From: Acidimicrobiaceae bacterium
Lineage (GTDB): Bacteria > Actinomycetota > Acidimicrobiia > Acidimicrobiales > Aldehydirespiratoraceae
Assembly: GCA_018699415.1 (NCBI GenBank)
Contig: JABIQM010000036.1
Span: forward strand, 61 to 64,060
Direction of reading: 5' to 3'
Length of the DNA stretch: 64,000 bases
Shown here: positions 60,911 to 64,000 of the stretch, piece after piece
Layout: every line of letters starts with the position of its first letter
Position numbering within the stretch: position 1 is the first letter of the stretch
Position numbers and translations under genes: made by a program
The notes under the pieces: model-generated
Database searches by the model: none
What the model was told of the DNA's origin: nothing
What the model saw: only the letters and a program-made list of their open reading frames with translations

Positions 60911-61597
60911 CTAGGAGTCGCGAACGGCACGGCGCTCGCGCATGCGCTCGCGCCAGAGCGATTCGCGCTGACGTTGACGCGGCGTGCGACGAGCTCGACG
61001 AACAGGTAACGGCCGATCGACCGATGCCTGACGCCACACCTTGACGAAGCGTTGGCCCGCAGTAATCGCAGTAAGGACCAACATGACCCACAGCGTGACT
61101 AGTAAAAGCTCGGGAAACAGCAAGGCGAAAGCAAGCACGATGATCCGCTCGGCCCGCTCCATGAGCCCGCCCTTGGCGTCGAAACCAAGCGACTCGGCCT
61201 TGGCACGCTGGTAGGAAACGAACATGGCCAATGCCATGATCGCCACCGGCAACATCATGATGCGGCCAGGTTCGGTGCTCGCAAGGTGCCACGCAACGCC
61301 ACCAAACAACAATGCGTCGGTGAGTCGATCGGCGACCGAGTCGAAGAACGCACCGCGCACGGAGCCCGTGCCCGCGGCTCGCGCTACCGCTCCATCGAGG
61401 GCATCAGGGATGGCAGTGAGAAGCAGGAACAAGAAACCGACGCGCAGGTAGCCGGCACCGATAGTGACGGCGGCGACACCGGACATCATGATTCCGATGA
61501 CGGTGATGACGTCGGGTGTGATGCCGGTCTTGACGAGGCTGCGGCCGATGGGGGTCAGACCGCGATCGACTTGGGCACGCAAGTTGCCGTCGAACAT
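60911..61597 (-). CDS. pgsA: CDP-alcohol phosphatidyltransferase (PI/PIP synthase)
   Basis: TPDVIT, DALDGAVAR...GAFFDSVADRLTD, SYQRAKAE, GLMERAER. Confidence 0.88.
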   Translation of the reverse strand: MFDGNLRAQVDRGLTPIGRSLVKTGITPDVITVIGIMMSGVAAVTIGAGYLRVGFLFLLLTAIPDALDGAVARAAGTGSVRGAFFDSVADRLTDALLFGGVAWHLASTEPGRIMMLPVAIMALAMFVSYQRAKAESLGFDAKGGLMERAERIIVLAFALLFPELLLVTLWVMLVLTAITAGQRFVKVWRQASVDRPLPVRRARRTPRQRQRESLWRERMRERRAVRDS

Positions 61598-61644
61598 GAG
61601 AACTCCCAGGTTTGGGGACCCGCCAAGGCTAGCAGCGCCGCCCG

Positions 61645-62214
61645 TCAGGACGTGTAGGCCGACCAGTCCTCGGGATTAGTCTCGACGAATCTATCGATGA
61701 TTTCGCCGTCGACACCGTCAACGAGTACGAGACCTCTGTTCTCAGGAATGGCCTCGTTGGAGTAGAGCAGGATCCGCCAGGTAGGGCGGCTACGAAGACC
61801 GCGCCAGCCCAGCTGAGCTGAAGCGTGGCCGATCGGGAAGCCGACATCCTTGGTGGCAGCACCAAGCGCCTGCTCCTCATCGAACGAGAGATCCCAACCG
61901 CCCTGCCAATGGTACAAAGCGACGGCAATCAAGACGATGCCAGCGATCAGGGTGCCCTTGTTGATCAGTACTGGATCATCGCCTGCGGTGGCATACAGAG
62001 CCATACATCCGAGGCCAATCACCGTATAGAGCACGGCAGGAAGCTTGCGCCGACTGTTGTTAGGGAAGAGGTACGGGGCCTCGACCATTCCTGGTTGAAG
62101 GTCCGCCGGCAGTGCGTCGCGCACGTTTCCGTCACCTGCCCGAGCAAGTTCATCGCTCCGAACGAGCTCTTCAGCCGTATCGAGTTCGTCGCCGGTTTCT
62201 CGGTCGTCAGCCAT
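61645..62214 (-). CDS. Conserved hypothetical membrane protein with a PepSY-like C-terminus
   Basis: Acidic N-terminus, two TMs, then RPTWRILLYS...GLVLVDGVDGEII. TAGCCT lies 6 nt before the ATG. Confidence 0.65.
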   Translation of the reverse strand: MADDRETGDELDTAEELVRSDELARAGDGNVRDALPADLQPGMVEAPYLFPNNSRRKLPAVLYTVIGLGCMALYATAGDDPVLINKGTLIAGIVLIAVALYHWQGGWDLSFDEEQALGAATKDVGFPIGHASAQLGWRGLRSRPTWRILLYSNEAIPENRGLVLVDGVDGEIIDRFVETNPEDWSAYTS

Positions 62215-62223
62215 GCCCTGAGG

Positions 62224-62715
62224 CTACGGCCAGGCAGCCACGATTCGACGCCAACTGTCGATCATCGCTTCGGGCAAGACGCGCGTGTTAGCGATCGTCG
62301 TCATGAAGTTCGTGTCACCATCCCAACGCGGCACGACATGAATGTGGAGATGGTCGGGAATACCGGCACCCGCTCCCCTGCCGAGGTTCGCCCCAACGTT
62401 GATCCCGTGGGGGGAAAATGCAGCCGTGACCGCAGCAACTGCAGCCCGCACGCCTTCCCATAGCTCGGCTGACTCATTGTCGGTGAGATCAGCGAGTTCG
62501 GCCACGGCGCGCTTCGGCAGGACCATCACATGGCCAGACGTGTACGGATGGAGGTTCATCACGGCAAAACATTCTTCACCGCGCCACACGATGAACGTCT
62601 CTTCATCGGGCAGGTTCGAATCAAGGATCACCTCAAACACTGTGGAGCCCTCGAGCTCCTCAACACCCGTTTCCACATAGGCCATCCGCCAACCGGCCCA
62701 CAGGTGCTCAACCAC
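62224..62715 (-). CDS. HIT family protein (Ap4A phosphorylase-like)
   Basis: LWAGWRMAY, NLHPYTSGH, NLGRGAGAGIPDHLHIHVVPRWDGDTNF. Follows thrS. Confidence 0.9.
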   Translation of the reverse strand: MVEHLWAGWRMAYVETGVEELEGSTVFEVILDSNLPDEETFIVWRGEECFAVMNLHPYTSGHVMVLPKRAVAELADLTDNESAELWEGVRAAVAAVTAAFSPHGINVGANLGRGAGAGIPDHLHIHVVPRWDGDTNFMTTIANTRVLPEAMIDSWRRIVAAWP

Positions 62716-62730
62716 GATCGAGGCCTTGCA

Positions 62731-64000
62731 TCAGCGCTTCTCCTCGACCTCTGAGCGCAGACGGCCAATGAAATCGTCAACAGTGACGTCACGCTCGGGC
62801 TTGCCTTCGCCGCGTTTATTGACACCAACGCTGTCGTTGGCGACATCGTCGTCGCCCACCACCAGAATGTAGGGCAGCTTCTCAACTTTGCCGTTTCGCA
62901 CACGCTTACCTAGCGGTTCAGCAGCGCTAACGACGTCAACGCGAAATCCCTCGGAGCGAAGGCGAGCCGCGACCGCGTAGGCAAAGTCGTCATGCACTTC
63001 GGCGACGGGAAGCATCCGCACCTGAATCGGCGAAAGCCACGCGGGGAACGCACCGGCGTAATGCTCGATGAGCACGCCGAAGAAGCGTTCGATAGAACCC
63101 ATCAGGGCTCGATGGATCATCACCGGCCGCTTGCGAGTGCCGTCCGACGCTATGTACTCCAGGTCGAAGCGTTCAGGCAGGTTGAAGTCGAGTTGGATGG
63201 TGGACAGCTGCCACGCTCGACCGATGGCGTCCGTGACATCGACATCAATCTTCGGTCCGTAGAACGCGCCGCCACCCTCGTCTACGACATAGTCAAGACC
63301 GTGCGTGTCAAGCGCGGCCCGAAGCCCTGCGGTGGCTTCGTCCCAAATTTCGTTGTCGCCAACAGCTTTCTCGAGCGGTCGGGTCGAGAGCTTCGCCTGG
63401 AAATCCTCAAAGCCGAAAGCCCGCAGCACCGACAGAACAAAATCAAGGAGCGAAGCCAACTCAGTCTGGATGTCTTCACGAGTGGTAAAGATGTGACTAT
63501 CGTCCTGGGTGAAGCCCCGGCTTCGCATGAGACCGTGAATGGCGCCTGACAACTCGTAGCGGTACACGGCGCCGAGTTCGAAGAACCGCAACGGCAGCTC
63601 GCGATAGCTCCGCTGGTTCGACCGGTAAACCATCACGTGGAACGGACAGTTCATCGGCTTTGGGTAGTACGAGGCCCCGTCCATCTCCATCGGCGGGTAC
63701 ATGCCGTCGGCGTAGAAGTCGAGATGGCCCGACGTCTCCCACAACACGGATTTGGCGATGTGTGGCGAGAAGACGTATTCGTAACCGCCATTCTCGTGAC
63801 GGTCGCGACTGTAGTCCTCCATAAGTTTACGAATCAGCGCGCCCTTAGGGTGCCAGACAGCAAGGCCGGGGCCGAGTTCATCGGGCCAACTGACGAGATC
63901 AAGTTCCTGGGCGAGACGCCGATGGTCACGCTTCTCGGCCTCTTCGAGCATCTGGAGATGTGCTTTTAACGACTTCTTGGAGTCCCATGCAGTGCCATAG
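62731..64000 (-). CDS. thrS: Threonine--tRNA ligase (5' part beyond the window edge)
   Basis: The frame is open to the edge (YGTAW...KRDHR). Also KPMNCP, RYELSG, GAFYGPKID, MIHRA. Confidence 0.97.
   Translation of the reverse strand, partial: YGTAWDSKKSLKAHLQMLEEAEKRDHRRLAQELDLVSWPDELGPGLAVWHPKGALIRKLMEDYSRDRHENGGYEYVFSPHIAKSVLWETSGHLDFYADGMYPPMEMDGASYYPKPMNCPFHVMVYRSNQRSYRELPLRFFELGAVYRYELSGAIHGLMRSRGFTQDDSHIFTTREDIQTELASLLDFVLSVLRAFGFEDFQAKLSTRPLEKAVGDNEIWDEATAGLRAALDTHGLDYVVDEGGGAFYGPKIDVDVTDAIGRAWQLSTIQLDFNLPERFDLEYIASDGTRKRPVMIHRALMGSIERFFGVLIEHYAGAFPAWLSPIQVRMLPVAEVHDDFAYAVAARLRSEGFRVDVVSAAEPLGKRVRNGKVEKLPYILVVGDDDVANDSVGVNKRGEGKPERDVTVDDFIGRLRSEVEEKR

Overview
A gene-dense, high-GC core-genome segment of an actinomycete. 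Gene order and markers (mIHF, the PIM cluster, DUF948/DUF6167-alaS, DUF1844) suggest class Acidimicrobiia, which is an inference. Almost all genes lie on the minus strand and follow the conserved actinobacterial backbone. From right to left it runs thrS(partial)-HIT-pgsA-acyltransferase-pimA, pdxST-yebC-ruvCAB-queA-tgt-yajC-secDF-apt-rel-hisS-aspS-rarA-alaS-ruvX-mltG-aroE-aroB-pepQ-efp-nusB, pyrR-B-C-carAB-pyrD-F, mihF-gmk-rpoZ-coaBC-metK-priA, then def-fmt-rsmB-mog-hisG. I found no rRNA, tRNA, CRISPR array, prophage or transposase, and no large clearly novel system. The most interesting signals are small. Three proteins have lost zinc ligands: TGT lacks its three Cys, PriA lacks one complete Zn site, and an HtpX-like protein in a LemA/DUF3048 module has no HExxH. 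pyrD can only start at a non-canonical codon. A 35-nt REP-like palindrome occurs twice with a compensatory base change. A PyrR-binding hairpin abuts the pyrR ribosome-binding site, and a LexA box overlaps the ruvC start. Leaderless TANNNT promoters are widespread, and several uncharacterised genes are inserted into otherwise conserved operons.
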